From positions 2,560 through 66,559 of the forward strand of contig VGEN01000002.1 in NCBI GenBank assembly GCA_016869285.1: a stretch of 64,000 bases of DNA, written 5' to 3'. The notes below the pieces were generated by a model. That model had not been told where the DNA came from. It worked only from the letters and a program-made list of their open reading frames with translations, and ran no database searches. Position numbers and translations under genes: made by a program. This DNA comes from Alphaproteobacteria bacterium. GTDB lineage: Bacteria > Pseudomonadota > Alphaproteobacteria > SHVZ01. Below are positions 18,333 to 27,751 of the stretch, piece after piece. How positions within the stretch are numbered: position 1 is the first letter of the stretch; every line of letters begins with the position of its first letter.

Positions 18333-19388
18333 ATGCCGCGTTCCCCGATCCCTGCCTGGCACGCCGCCACCTACGCCCGCCGCCGCCCGTTCCTCCTCCA
18401 GCGCGCCCGGATCCTGGCCGCGATCAGGGCTTGGTTCCTGGATCACGGCTTCGTCGAGGTCGAGACGCCGGCCTTGCAGGTCTCGCCTGGACTGGAGCCG
18501 CATCTGAAGGCCTTTCCGACGGTGCTGGAGGCGCCGGACGGGACCACGTCGCGCCTCTATCTCCATACCTCGCCCGAATTCGCGATGAAGAAGCTGCTGG
18601 TGGCCGGGGAGCCCCGCATCTTCCAGATGGCGCGGGTCTTCCGGAACGGCGAGCGCTCGGCGACCCATCACCCGGAATTCACCATGCTGGAGTGGTACCG
18701 CGCCGGAGAGGGCTATGAGCGGCTGATGGCCGATTGCGAAGGCCTGGTCGAGGCGGCGGCGAAGGCGGCGGGATCGTCAGAGCTGCTCTGGCGCGGACGC
18801 CGGGCCGTGCCGGCAGCACCCTTCGAGCGCCTGACCGTCGCCGAGGCCTTCCGGCGCCATACCGGCATCGATCCCTTCGTCTTCCTGCCGGCGCCGGGCA
18901 GCTTCGATGTGGCGGGCTTCGCCCGCGCGGCGCGTTCGCTCGGCGTCACCATCGCCGCTGATGACGGCTGGGACGATATCTTCTTCAAGCTCTTCCTCGA
19001 CCGCATCGAGCCGAAGCTGGGTCACCCCGAGCCGACGCTGCTCGCCGACTACCCGATCCACATGGCTGCGCTCTCGCGGCCGAAGGCGGAAGCGCCGCAT
19101 CTTGCCGAACGCTTCGAGCTCTACATCGCCGGCCTCGAGCTCGCGAACGCCTTCGGCGAGCTGACCGACGTGCCTGAGCAGCGCCGCCGCTTCGAAGCCG
19201 ATATGGAATTGAAGCAGCGCCTCTACGACCTCCGCTACCCGATCGACGAGGACTTCCTCGCCGCGCTCGCGTCGATGCCGGAGGCTTCCGGCATCGCGCT
19301 CGGCCTCGACCGTCTGGTCATGCTCGCGACGGGTGCGGAGAAGATCGACGACGTGCTCTGGCTGCCGGTTTCCGAGACGGGTTCCTGA
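18333..19388 (+). CDS. epmA: EF-P lysine aminoacylase EpmA (GenX/PoxA)
   Basis: LHTSPEFAMKKLL, FRNGE, HHPEFTMLEWY, ELANAFGEL and GIALGLDRL motifs; divergent from efp. Confidence 0.95.
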   Translation: MPRSPIPAWHAATYARRRPFLLQRARILAAIRAWFLDHGFVEVETPALQVSPGLEPHLKAFPTVLEAPDGTTSRLYLHTSPEFAMKKLLVAGEPRIFQMARVFRNGERSATHHPEFTMLEWYRAGEGYERLMADCEGLVEAAAKAAGSSELLWRGRRAVPAAPFERLTVAEAFRRHTGIDPFVFLPAPGSFDVAGFARAARSLGVTIAADDGWDDIFFKLFLDRIEPKLGHPEPTLLADYPIHMAALSRPKAEAPHLAERFELYIAGLELANAFGELTDVPEQRRRFEADMELKQRLYDLRYPIDEDFLAALASMPEASGIALGLDRLVMLATGAEKIDDVLWLPVSETGS

Positions 19389-20281
19389 TGCAGCAGAACA
19401 TTCTCCGCGGCATCCTCTTCATGTGCGCGGCGTCGGCGATCTTCCCGATCATGAATGCGATGGTGAAGCATCTCTCAGCCGAGCTGCCGACCTTCGAGAT
19501 CGTTTGGGCGCGGAACCTGAGCCACCTCGTCTTCGTCATCCTGCTCTTCGGGCCGCGCTATGGCTGGCGGCTCGCGGCGACGAACCGGCTCGGCAGTCAG
19601 ATCCTGCGCTCCTCCTTCTTCCTCGGATCGAACATCTTCTACTTCGCCGCGATCTCCGTCGTGCCGCTGGCCGAGGCCTCGGCGATCTCCTTCGTCTCGC
19701 CCTTTCTGGTCGCGATCTTCGCCGCCTTCGTGCTCGGCGAGCGCGTCGGCATCGGGCATTGGATCGCGATCATGGTCAGTTTCGTCGGCGCGCTGATCAT
19801 CATCCAGCCGGGATCGGGGCACCTGCCGTGGCAGGCGGTCTTCGTGCTGTGCAGCTCCACCTGCTACGCGATCTACCAGGTCATGACGCGCGGTGTCGCC
19901 GGCGACGACTCGCCGGAGACCTCGGTCTTCTATGCCGCGCTGGTCGGGTCGGTGATCATGTCGCTCGCCGTTCCCTTCATCTGGGTGACGCCGTCAGGCC
20001 TGATCACCGTTATCGAGCTCTCGATCCTCGGCGTCTTCGGCGGGCTCGGCCATTATTGCGTCGCGCGTGCGCTGATGTGGGGGCCGGCACCGGTGATCGC
20101 GCCGTTTCAGTATTTCCAGCTTCTGGCGGCGAGCCTGTTCGGCTTCTTCATCTTTGGCGACATGCCGAGCATCTGGACCGGCGTCGGCGCGGTCATCATC
20201 ATTGCGGCCGGTGTCACCATCATGGTTCGCGCGCGTCGCGAGGAACGCGCGAAGACGGAGAGCGGGGAGCACGCGGCATGA
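19388..20281 (+). CDS. DMT/EamA family transporter
   Basis: About 10 TM segments with duplicated EamA pattern (LGERVG, IIQPG, APFQYFQL, FGD-P); TGATG overlap with epmA. Confidence 0.9.
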   Translation: MQQNILRGILFMCAASAIFPIMNAMVKHLSAELPTFEIVWARNLSHLVFVILLFGPRYGWRLAATNRLGSQILRSSFFLGSNIFYFAAISVVPLAEASAISFVSPFLVAIFAAFVLGERVGIGHWIAIMVSFVGALIIIQPGSGHLPWQAVFVLCSSTCYAIYQVMTRGVAGDDSPETSVFYAALVGSVIMSLAVPFIWVTPSGLITVIELSILGVFGGLGHYCVARALMWGPAPVIAPFQYFQLLAASLFGFFIFGDMPSIWTGVGAVIIIAAGVTIMVRARREERAKTESGEHAA

Positions 20282-21237
20282 GTTCCTGGCCTGCGCTGGT
20301 CGTCGATCTCGGCGGCACCAATGTTCGGCTCGGCCTGGTAGACGGCCCGGATGCCGAGCCGCGCGCGATCACGGAGCGGCTGCTCGCCGATGGCGGCGAT
20401 TTCGAGCAGACGATCGCCGAGTACCTGAAGGGCGTCGGGGCGCGCGTTCCCGCAGCCGCGCTCGCCGTCAACGGCCCGGTGACGGAGGATGAGGTCAAGC
20501 CGAGCAACTCGCCCTGGCACTTCTCGATCTCGCACCTCAAGCGCGCCCTCGGCTTCGATCACCTGCTCGTGATCAACGACTTCCACGCACTTGCCCTGGC
20601 GCTGCCGAGGCTCGGCGCCGGCGACCTCGCGCCGCTCGGCGGTGGGAAGGCGCAGCCTGAGGGCACCCGCGTCGTCCTCGGCCCGGGCACCGGCTTGGGC
20701 GTCGCCGCCCTCATCCGTCATCGCGGAGCGTGGGTGCCGGTCCCGAGCGAAGCCGGACAGATGAGCTTCGCGCCGCTCGACGAGCGGGAGGCCCGCGTCG
20801 CCGCGATTCTCGCGCGCTCCGGCCGCGTGACGATCGAGCGCGTCGTCTGCGGGCCCGGCCTGCTCGAGATCGATCACGCGCTGGCGGAAATCGCCGGGAC
20901 CACCTCGACGCGGACGCGTCCTGAGGAAGTGGCGGAGGGAGCACTCGCGGGCGACGCACGCGGCGCCCGGGCGCTCGACATGTTCTTTTCCGCCCTCGGC
21001 TCGGTCGCCGGGGATGCGGCTCTCAGCTTCTGTGCCACCGGAGGTGTCTTCCTCGCCGGCGGCATCCTGCCGAAGCTGCTGATACCGCTCGGCGCCAGCC
21101 ATTTCCGCACCCGCTTCGAGGACAAGGCACCGCTCGCCGAGCTGGTTCGGGCGATTCCTACTTCTGTCATAACCCGCGCTTATTCTGGGCTCTTTGGTGC
21201 TGCCCAGGCTTTGGCCGAAGACAACGAACATTCATGA
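20278..21237 (+). CDS. glk: Glucokinase (E. coli Glk family)
   Basis: VDLGGTNVR, INDF, GPGTGLG, SEAG, GGVFLAGGI and RFEDK motifs; ATGA overlap with the DMT gene. Confidence 0.85.
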   Translation: MSSWPALVVDLGGTNVRLGLVDGPDAEPRAITERLLADGGDFEQTIAEYLKGVGARVPAAALAVNGPVTEDEVKPSNSPWHFSISHLKRALGFDHLLVINDFHALALALPRLGAGDLAPLGGGKAQPEGTRVVLGPGTGLGVAALIRHRGAWVPVPSEAGQMSFAPLDEREARVAAILARSGRVTIERVVCGPGLLEIDHALAEIAGTTSTRTRPEEVAEGALAGDARGARALDMFFSALGSVAGDAALSFCATGGVFLAGGILPKLLIPLGASHFRTRFEDKAPLAELVRAIPTSVITRAYSGLFGAAQALAEDNEHS

Positions 21238-21251
21238 CAAATTTTTGACAG
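21234..21251 (-). promoter_or_regulatory. Pho-box-like direct repeat overlapping the -35 of the ABC operon
   Basis: Minus strand reads CTGTCAA-AAAT-TTGTCAT (11-bp period); plus strand has TTGACA (21245-21250)-N17-CATCGT. Confidence 0.6.
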
Positions 21252-21307
21252 AGGTCGGGGGCTGGGGCATCGTCCTGAGATCAATGAGAAGCCGTGGGAG
21301 GACCAAG

Positions 21308-22333
21308 ATGGCGCGCAAGTTTCTGATGTTCGGATTGGCGATGGGAGCGGCGGTGCTGTTCGGCCCGGCCGACGCCCGCGCCCAACTCAATCTCTACTGC
21401 ACCGTCCAGGAGGAGTGGTGCCGCGAGATGGTGACGGCCTTCGAAAAGGAGACCGGCGCCAAGGTCAACATGACCCGCAAGAGCTCCGGCGAGCTCTACG
21501 CGACGATCAAGGCCGAGGCCTCGAACCCGAAGGGCGACGTGTGGTGGGGCGGCACCGGCGACCCGCATCTGCAGGCCGCCGAAGAAGGCCTCACCGAGGA
21601 GTACAAATCGCCGAAGCTGGCCGAGCTCCAGGACTGGGCCGTTCGCCAGTGGGAGCAGTCCAAGGGCCGCACGGTCGGCATTTATGCCGGCGCGCTGGGC
21701 TACGGCTTCAACACCCAGCTGATCGCCAAGAAGGGCATTCCCGAGCCGAAGTGCTGGGCCGACCTTCTGAACCCGAAGCTCAAGGATGATGTGCAGGTCG
21801 CCGACCCGAACTCGTCCGGCACCTCCTACACCATGCTCGCCACCATGGTGCAGCTGATGGGCGAGGAGAAGGGCTTCGACTATCTGAAGCAGCTTCACAA
21901 GAACATCAACCAGTACACCCGCTCCGGCGCGGCGCCGGCCAAGGCGACGAGCCTCGGCGAGACCGCGGTCGGCATCGTCTTCCAGCACGACATGGTGACG
22001 ATGGTCGTCGATGGCGGCCCGATCAAGGTCGTCGCTCCCTGCGAGGGCACGGGCTACGAGATCGGCTCGATGAGCCTGATCAAGGGCGCCAAGAACATGG
22101 AGCTGGCGAAGAAATGGTACGACTGGGCGCTGACCCCGGCCGCCCAGGAGCTCGGCGCCAAGGCCAAGGCCTATCAGGTGCCGTCGAACAAGGCCGCCAA
22201 GGCCCCGCCGCAGGCGCCTGACCTCAAGACCATCAAGCTGATCAATTACGACTTCGCCAAGTACGGCTCCTCGGCCGAGCGCACGCGTCTGCTCGCCAAG
22301 TGGGACAAAGAGGTGAAGAACCTGCCGAAGTAA
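21308..22333 (+). CDS. AfuA-type ABC substrate-binding protein 1 (iron(III)/sugar-phosphate family)
   Basis: GGAGGA RBS; signal peptide; WWGGTGDPH, SSGTSY, FQHD and PCEGTGYEIG motifs. Confidence 0.85.
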   Translation: MARKFLMFGLAMGAAVLFGPADARAQLNLYCTVQEEWCREMVTAFEKETGAKVNMTRKSSGELYATIKAEASNPKGDVWWGGTGDPHLQAAEEGLTEEYKSPKLAELQDWAVRQWEQSKGRTVGIYAGALGYGFNTQLIAKKGIPEPKCWADLLNPKLKDDVQVADPNSSGTSYTMLATMVQLMGEEKGFDYLKQLHKNINQYTRSGAAPAKATSLGETAVGIVFQHDMVTMVVDGGPIKVVAPCEGTGYEIGSMSLIKGAKNMELAKKWYDWALTPAAQELGAKAKAYQVPSNKAAKAPPQAPDLKTIKLINYDFAKYGSSAERTRLLAKWDKEVKNLPK

Positions 22334-22363
22334 GACCCTCCGTCTCTCGGGGGAACGGTCGTC

Positions 22364-24544
22364 GTGACCGATCGCATCGCCGCGCCCTGGCTGGCCGTAG
22401 GCTGGCTGGGCGCGGTTCTTCTTCCCTGGTACATGATCGACGCGGGCTTCTTCGCGTTCGGGTGGGTCGGTACCTATCCGGACGCGGCGAGCGGCCCCGG
22501 CGTATGGCAGATTGTTGCCCAGAACCGCTGGTGGATCGCACCGACGCTGCTGCCTCTTCTCGCCGCTACCTACGCGGTGTGGAAGAACGACGAGAGTACG
22601 GCGCGGGTTCTCGTCGCCTCCGGCGTGCTCGGCATCGCGCTGATCCTGCTCCAGGGCTTCGCCATCGACCATCGCGGCTGGACCATCCCAGCTTTCGGTC
22701 CCGGCGGGCCGAAGCAGACCGGTCTCGGGTATGGCGCGCTGTTCCTTTCGCTCTCCTATCTGATGCTGATGTGCCGCGGCCTCGCAATGCGGGGCTACTG
22801 TCGCGGCGACACCTTCGTCGTCGGCGCGATCGCGCTGGTCGTGGCACTGATCACGCTGTTCGTGCTGTTCCCGGTGCTGACCATCCTGACCAGTGCGGTC
22901 AAGGACAACCAGGGTAACGTCAACCTCGCGGTCTTCTGGGAAAAGCTCTCCGATCATTCGATCTGGGGGCTCGACTGCGTCTACTCCAACCTTCGCTGTG
23001 GCGTCGCCTGGAACACGCTCTTCCTCGCCATCCTGACCGGCGCCGGCACGACGCTGCTCGGCCTCGCCTTCGCCTTGATCGCGGTACGTTCGGGCTTCCG
23101 CTTCAAGCGCCTCCTGCGCGTCATGAGCGTGCTGCCGATCATCACGCCGCCCTTTGTCATCGGGCTCGCGGTGATCCTGCTCTTCGGCCGCGCCGGCCTC
23201 GTCTCGACCATCCTCTTCGAATATTTCGACGTGTCGCGGAGCCGCTGGATCTACGGCCTCACCGGCGTCTTCCTGGCGCAGCTGCTCGCCTTCACGCCGA
23301 TCGCCTTCCTGGTGCTGATCGGCGTCGTCCAGGGCATCGCGCCCTCGCTCGAGGAGGCGGCGCAGACGCTGCGCGCCAGCCGCTGGACCACCTTCCGCAC
23401 CGTGACCTGGCCGCTGCTGCGCCCGGGCCTCGCCAATGCCTTCCTGCTGGGCTTTGTCGAAAGCCTCGCCGACTTCGGCAACCCCCTGGTGCTCGCCGGC
23501 AATTACGAGCTGCTCTCGATCAAGGTGTTCTTCGCCGTGGTCGGCGCCGCGCATGACCAGGGCCGTGCGGCGGTCTTCGCGCTTGTGCTGCTGGTCTTCA
23601 CCCTCGGCGCCTTCTACGCCCAGCACCGCTGGCTCGGCCGCGTCTCCTACACGACGGTGACCGGCAAGGGCGATTCCGGCCTGCCGCTGCCGCTGCCGAA
23701 ATGGGTGGAGCGCATCTGCTACGCCGTCGTCATCCCGTGGTCGATCTTCACCGCCATCATCTACGGCATGATTCTCGCCGGCGGGCTGGTGAAGGCGATG
23801 GGCCGCGATCACACCCCGACGCTCGAGCACTTCCTTACCGGCTTCCGCATCGACCTCACGAGCCCGCAGATCTTCGCCGGCTCGGCCTGGACATCGTTCT
23901 GGACCACGCTCGAGATCTCGATCCTGGCGGCGCCGCTGACCGGCGCGATCGGCCTGCTGACCGCCTATCTGCTCACGCGCCAGAACTTCGCCGGCAAGCG
24001 TGCCTTCGAGTTCGGCACCATGCTGAGCTTCGCCATTCCCGGCACCGTAATCGGCGTCAGCTACATCCTGGCCTTCAACGTGCCGCCGGTGGAGCTCACG
24101 GGCACCGGCATCATCCTCGTCATCTGCTTCATCTTCCGGAACATGCCGGTCGGCGTGCGCGCCGGCATCGCCACCTTGAGCCAGATCGACAAGTCGCTCG
24201 ACGAGGCCTCGCTGACGCTCGGCGCGCGCACCGCGACGACGGTGAGGCGCGTCGTGCTGCCGCTGCTGAGGCCGGCACTGGTGGCATCCATGGTCTACAG
24301 CTTCGTCCGCGCCATGACCGCTGTCTCGGCGGTGATCTTCCTGGTCACGGCGCAATACAACATGGCGACCGCCTACATCGTTGGCCGCGTCGAGGCCGGC
24401 GAGTTCGGCCTCGCCATCGCCTATTCGTCGGTCCTGATCGTGGTGATGATCGGCGCCATCCTGCTGATCCAGATTCTGGTCGGCGAGCGCAAGCTCGGCC
24501 GTCGCCAGGCTGGCGATGTCGGCGTGCCGGCCGGCGCCGGCTGA
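22364..24544 (+). CDS. AfuB/FbpB-type double-domain ABC permease
   Basis: Two EAA loops (LEEAAQTLRA, LDEASLTLGA); ITPPFV, ESLADFGNP and FAIPGTV motifs. Confidence 0.9.
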   Translation: MTDRIAAPWLAVGWLGAVLLPWYMIDAGFFAFGWVGTYPDAASGPGVWQIVAQNRWWIAPTLLPLLAATYAVWKNDESTARVLVASGVLGIALILLQGFAIDHRGWTIPAFGPGGPKQTGLGYGALFLSLSYLMLMCRGLAMRGYCRGDTFVVGAIALVVALITLFVLFPVLTILTSAVKDNQGNVNLAVFWEKLSDHSIWGLDCVYSNLRCGVAWNTLFLAILTGAGTTLLGLAFALIAVRSGFRFKRLLRVMSVLPIITPPFVIGLAVILLFGRAGLVSTILFEYFDVSRSRWIYGLTGVFLAQLLAFTPIAFLVLIGVVQGIAPSLEEAAQTLRASRWTTFRTVTWPLLRPGLANAFLLGFVESLADFGNPLVLAGNYELLSIKVFFAVVGAAHDQGRAAVFALVLLVFTLGAFYAQHRWLGRVSYTTVTGKGDSGLPLPLPKWVERICYAVVIPWSIFTAIIYGMILAGGLVKAMGRDHTPTLEHFLTGFRIDLTSPQIFAGSAWTSFWTTLEISILAAPLTGAIGLLTAYLLTRQNFAGKRAFEFGTMLSFAIPGTVIGVSYILAFNVPPVELTGTGIILVICFIFRNMPVGVRAGIATLSQIDKSLDEASLTLGARTATTVRRVVLPLLRPALVASMVYSFVRAMTAVSAVIFLVTAQYNMATAYIVGRVEAGEFGLAIAYSSVLIVVMIGAILLIQILVGERKLGRRQAGDVGVPAGAG

Positions 24545-24562
24545 GGCCTCAAGGAGACTCCC

Positions 24563-25576
24563 ATGCGTATTCTGCTCGCTTCCGCCTTCGCGCTCTCGCT
24601 CTTCGCCGGCCCTGCCGAGGCGCAGCCGTTGAACGTCTATTGCAGCGTGATCCAGGACTGGTGCGCGCTGATGACCCAGGAGTTCGAGAAGAAGACCGGC
24701 ATCAAGGTCAACCTGGTGCAGAAGGGCTCGGGCGAGACGCTGGCGCAGCTCCGCGCCGAGAAGACCAACCCGAAGGCCGATATCTGGTGGGGCGGCACTG
24801 GCGATCCGCATCTCGCTGCCGCCGAGGAGGACCTGACCGAGGCGTATCAGTCGCCGATGCTGCCGAAGCTGCATGACTGGGCCCGCCGCCAGGCCGAGCA
24901 GTCGAAGTTCAAGACCGTCGGCATCTACGCCGGCGCGCTTGGCATGGCCTACAACACCGAGCTTTTGGCGAAGAAGAAGCTGGCGGTGCCGGCTTGCTGG
25001 AAGGACCTGACCAAGCCCGAATACAAGGACGAGGTGCAGATCTCCAACCCTGCCTCCTCGGGCACGGCCTACACGGCGGTCGCGACGCTGGTTCAGGTGT
25101 TCGGCGAGGAACCGGCCTTCGACTACCTGAAGCAGCTCCACAAGAACGTGAACCAGTACACGCGCTCCGGCCCGGCGCCGGCACGCGGCACCGCGCGCGG
25201 CGAGACCACGATCGGCATCATGTTCCTGCACGACGCGGTCGCCGAGGCGATCGAGGGCTTCCCGGTCAAGGTCGTCAGCCCCTGCGAGGGCACCGGCTAC
25301 GAGATCGGCTCGATGAGCCTGGTCAAGGGCTCGAAGAACCTGGACGCGGCGAAGAAGTGGTACGACTTCGCGCTGACCGCGGAGGCGCAGGCACTGGCGT
25401 CGCGGGCCAAGTCCTACCAGACGCCCTCGAATGTCGACGCGGCGATCCCGGAAAAGGCGCCGAAGCTCTCCGAGATGAAGCTGATCGCCTATGACTTCGC
25501 TAAGTACGGCGGCGCCGACGAGCGCAAGCGCCTGATCGCGCGCTGGGAGAAGGACGTGGGGAGCCTGCCGAAATGA
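24563..25576 (+). CDS. AfuA-type ABC substrate-binding protein 2
   Basis: AAGGAG RBS; paralog of 21308-22333 (WWGGTGDPH, SSGTAY, FLHD, PCEGTGYEIG). Confidence 0.85.
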   Translation: MRILLASAFALSLFAGPAEAQPLNVYCSVIQDWCALMTQEFEKKTGIKVNLVQKGSGETLAQLRAEKTNPKADIWWGGTGDPHLAAAEEDLTEAYQSPMLPKLHDWARRQAEQSKFKTVGIYAGALGMAYNTELLAKKKLAVPACWKDLTKPEYKDEVQISNPASSGTAYTAVATLVQVFGEEPAFDYLKQLHKNVNQYTRSGPAPARGTARGETTIGIMFLHDAVAEAIEGFPVKVVSPCEGTGYEIGSMSLVKGSKNLDAAKKWYDFALTAEAQALASRAKSYQTPSNVDAAIPEKAPKLSEMKLIAYDFAKYGGADERKRLIARWEKDVGSLPK

Positions 25577-26646
25577 TGAAGCGCTCGGCGCCGGCCTCGG
25601 TCCAGTTCCGCTCGGTCGTCAAGCGATACGGCACGGTCGTCGCCGTCGACGACGTGTCCTTCACGATCGAGCCTTCGACCCTGGTGACGCTGCTGGGGCC
25701 TTCGGGCTGCGGCAAGACCACGACGCTGCGGTTGATCGCCGGCCTCGAGATGGCGAGCGAAGGGCAGATCCTGATCGGCGACAAGGACGTGACCAATCTC
25801 TCGGCCGCCGAGCGCGACGTCAGCATGGTCTTCCAGTCCTACGCGCTCTTCCCACATATGAACGTGATCGAGAACGTCTCCTACGGGCCGAGCGTCTCGG
25901 GTCTCGGTAAGGCCGAAGCCGAGGGGCTGGCGCGCGAGAAGCTGAAGCTGGTCGGGCTCGAGGGTTATGACAAGCGCCTGCCCTCGGAGCTCTCGGGCGG
26001 CCAGCAGCAGCGCGTCGCCGTTGCCCGCGCGCTCGTGCTGGAGCCGCAAGTGCTGCTCTTCGACGAGCCGCTCTCCAACCTCGATGCCAAGCTCCGCCGG
26101 CGCGTGCGCGAGGACATCCGCGAGCTGCAGCGCTCGCTCAACCTGACCGTCGTCTATGTGACGCACGACCAGCAGGAAGCGCTGGCCGTCTCCGACCGCG
26201 TCATCGTCATGTCGAATGCGCGCATCGCCCAGTCGGGCGCCCCGCGCGATCTCTACGAGTCGCCGGCCAACCGCTTCGTCGCCGACTTCATCGGCGACGC
26301 CAATCTGGTCTCGGGCGAGCTGCAGTCCAAGGCCGGCGACAAGGCGATCGTGCGGGTCGGCGGCGTGTCGCTGAACCTGCCGCATCGCGACCAGCCGCCG
26401 GGCGAGGTCAAGCTTGCGATCCGGCCGGAGGCGATCACGCTGGAGCCGGTCAAGCCGGGGCGTCCGGTCATTCCCGGCACCGTTGCCAAGGCCGCCTATC
26501 TCGGCACGCATATGGAGTACACCGTGACGACGGAGGCCGGCGAGTTCTTCGTCGTCGACCGCCATGTCGCGCGCCCTGTCGCGGTCGGCGCCGATGTCTG
26601 GCTGTCGCTGGCCGATCACGGCATCACGGTCGTGCCCGCGGCCTGA
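25573..26646 (+). CDS. ABC ATP-binding protein (AfuC/FbpC/PotA type, TOBE domain)
   Basis: GPSGCGKTT, LSGGQQQR, DEPLSNLD and THDQ motifs. Confidence 0.92.
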   Translation: MMKRSAPASVQFRSVVKRYGTVVAVDDVSFTIEPSTLVTLLGPSGCGKTTTLRLIAGLEMASEGQILIGDKDVTNLSAAERDVSMVFQSYALFPHMNVIENVSYGPSVSGLGKAEAEGLAREKLKLVGLEGYDKRLPSELSGGQQQRVAVARALVLEPQVLLFDEPLSNLDAKLRRRVREDIRELQRSLNLTVVYVTHDQQEALAVSDRVIVMSNARIAQSGAPRDLYESPANRFVADFIGDANLVSGELQSKAGDKAIVRVGGVSLNLPHRDQPPGEVKLAIRPEAITLEPVKPGRPVIPGTVAKAAYLGTHMEYTVTTEAGEFFVVDRHVARPVAVGADVWLSLADHGITVVPAA

Positions 26647-26647
26647 C

Positions 26648-27751
26648 GTGAAAAGCATCGGCGTCGGCGTCATCGGCACGGGATTCATGGGCAAGGCCCA
26701 TGCGCTCGCCTTCGCCGCCGCTTCCCAGGTTTTCGACCTCGACCGCCGCCCGCACCTCACGGCTCTTGCCGATGCGGACGAGGCGCGCGCGCGCCATTGC
26801 GCCGAGCATTGGGGCTTCTCGCGCGCCACGGCCGACTGGCGGGCGCTGATCGCCGATCCCGAGATCGAGGTCGTCGCGGTCGCCACGCCCAACTACCTGC
26901 ACGAGGAGATGGCGCTGGCGGCGCTCGCGGCCGGCAAGGCCGTCTATTGCGAGAAACCGATGGCGACCGGCCTCGACGGCGCCCGGCGCATGGCGGAGCG
27001 TGCCAAGGGCCGGCCGACGCTGCTGGGCTACAACTACCTGCGCGGCCCGGCCGTCGGCCTGATGAAATCGATGATCGCGGCCGGCGAGATCGGCGAGATC
27101 GTCGCCTTCAAGGGCCGCTTCGCCGAGGACTACATGGCCGATCCGGCGGTGCCGCATTCCTGGCGCTGCGTCCGCGCGCTGGCCGGCTCTGGCGCGCTCG
27201 GCGACCTCGGCTCGCACCTGATCGGCTTCGCCCTCCACCTCGCCGGCGATGTGCAGGCGGTTGCTGGCGAGGTCGCGACGATCATCGGGCAGCGTCGAAC
27301 GGCCGATGGCATGACGCCGGTCGAGAACGACGACCAGGTCCATGCCGTGCTCCGCTTCGCAAACGGCGCGCGGGGCGTGATCGACATCAGCCGCGTCGCC
27401 TGGGGCTACAAGAACCACCTCGCGGTCGAGATCACCGGCAGCAAGGGCACGCTCGCCTTCGACCAGGAGCGGCTGAACGAGCTCAGGCTGTTCCGGCCCG
27501 GCGATAGCGGCTTCACGACCGTCCTCGCCGGACCGCGGCATCCGCCCTATGGCGCCTTCAGCCCGGCGGCGGGTCATCAACTGGGATATGGCGACCTCAA
27601 GACTGCCGAAATCGGCCATCTGCTGCGAGGCATCGCCGGGCGAGAGGCGCTCTATCCGGACTTCGCCGCCGGCCTCGTCATCGAACGCATCGCCGCGGCC
27701 ATCGAGCGCGCCTCGGCCGAGCGCTGCTGGGTCGATCTCGCCGAGCTCTAG
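26648..27751 (+). CDS. Gfo/Idh/MocA oxidoreductase (inositol/sugar dehydrogenase-like)
   Basis: GTG start; IGTGFMGKAH, TPNYLH, CEKP and GALGDLGSH motifs. Confidence 0.88.
   Translation: MKSIGVGVIGTGFMGKAHALAFAAASQVFDLDRRPHLTALADADEARARHCAEHWGFSRATADWRALIADPEIEVVAVATPNYLHEEMALAALAAGKAVYCEKPMATGLDGARRMAERAKGRPTLLGYNYLRGPAVGLMKSMIAAGEIGEIVAFKGRFAEDYMADPAVPHSWRCVRALAGSGALGDLGSHLIGFALHLAGDVQAVAGEVATIIGQRRTADGMTPVENDDQVHAVLRFANGARGVIDISRVAWGYKNHLAVEITGSKGTLAFDQERLNELRLFRPGDSGFTTVLAGPRHPPYGAFSPAAGHQLGYGDLKTAEIGHLLRGIAGREALYPDFAAGLVIERIAAAIERASAERCWVDLAEL

Noticed and set aside
19333-20277. Apparent N-terminal extensions on glk (and likewise on midA, the MaoC gene and the TIGR04372 GT)
   Set aside because: The extensions are off-frame readings of the upstream gene; true starts overlap or follow the upstream stop codons.
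21281-25231. 1316-aa minus-strand ORF
   Set aside because: Antisense shadow of the well-supported ABC operon; stop-poor reverse frames are expected at this GC content, and it has no motifs.
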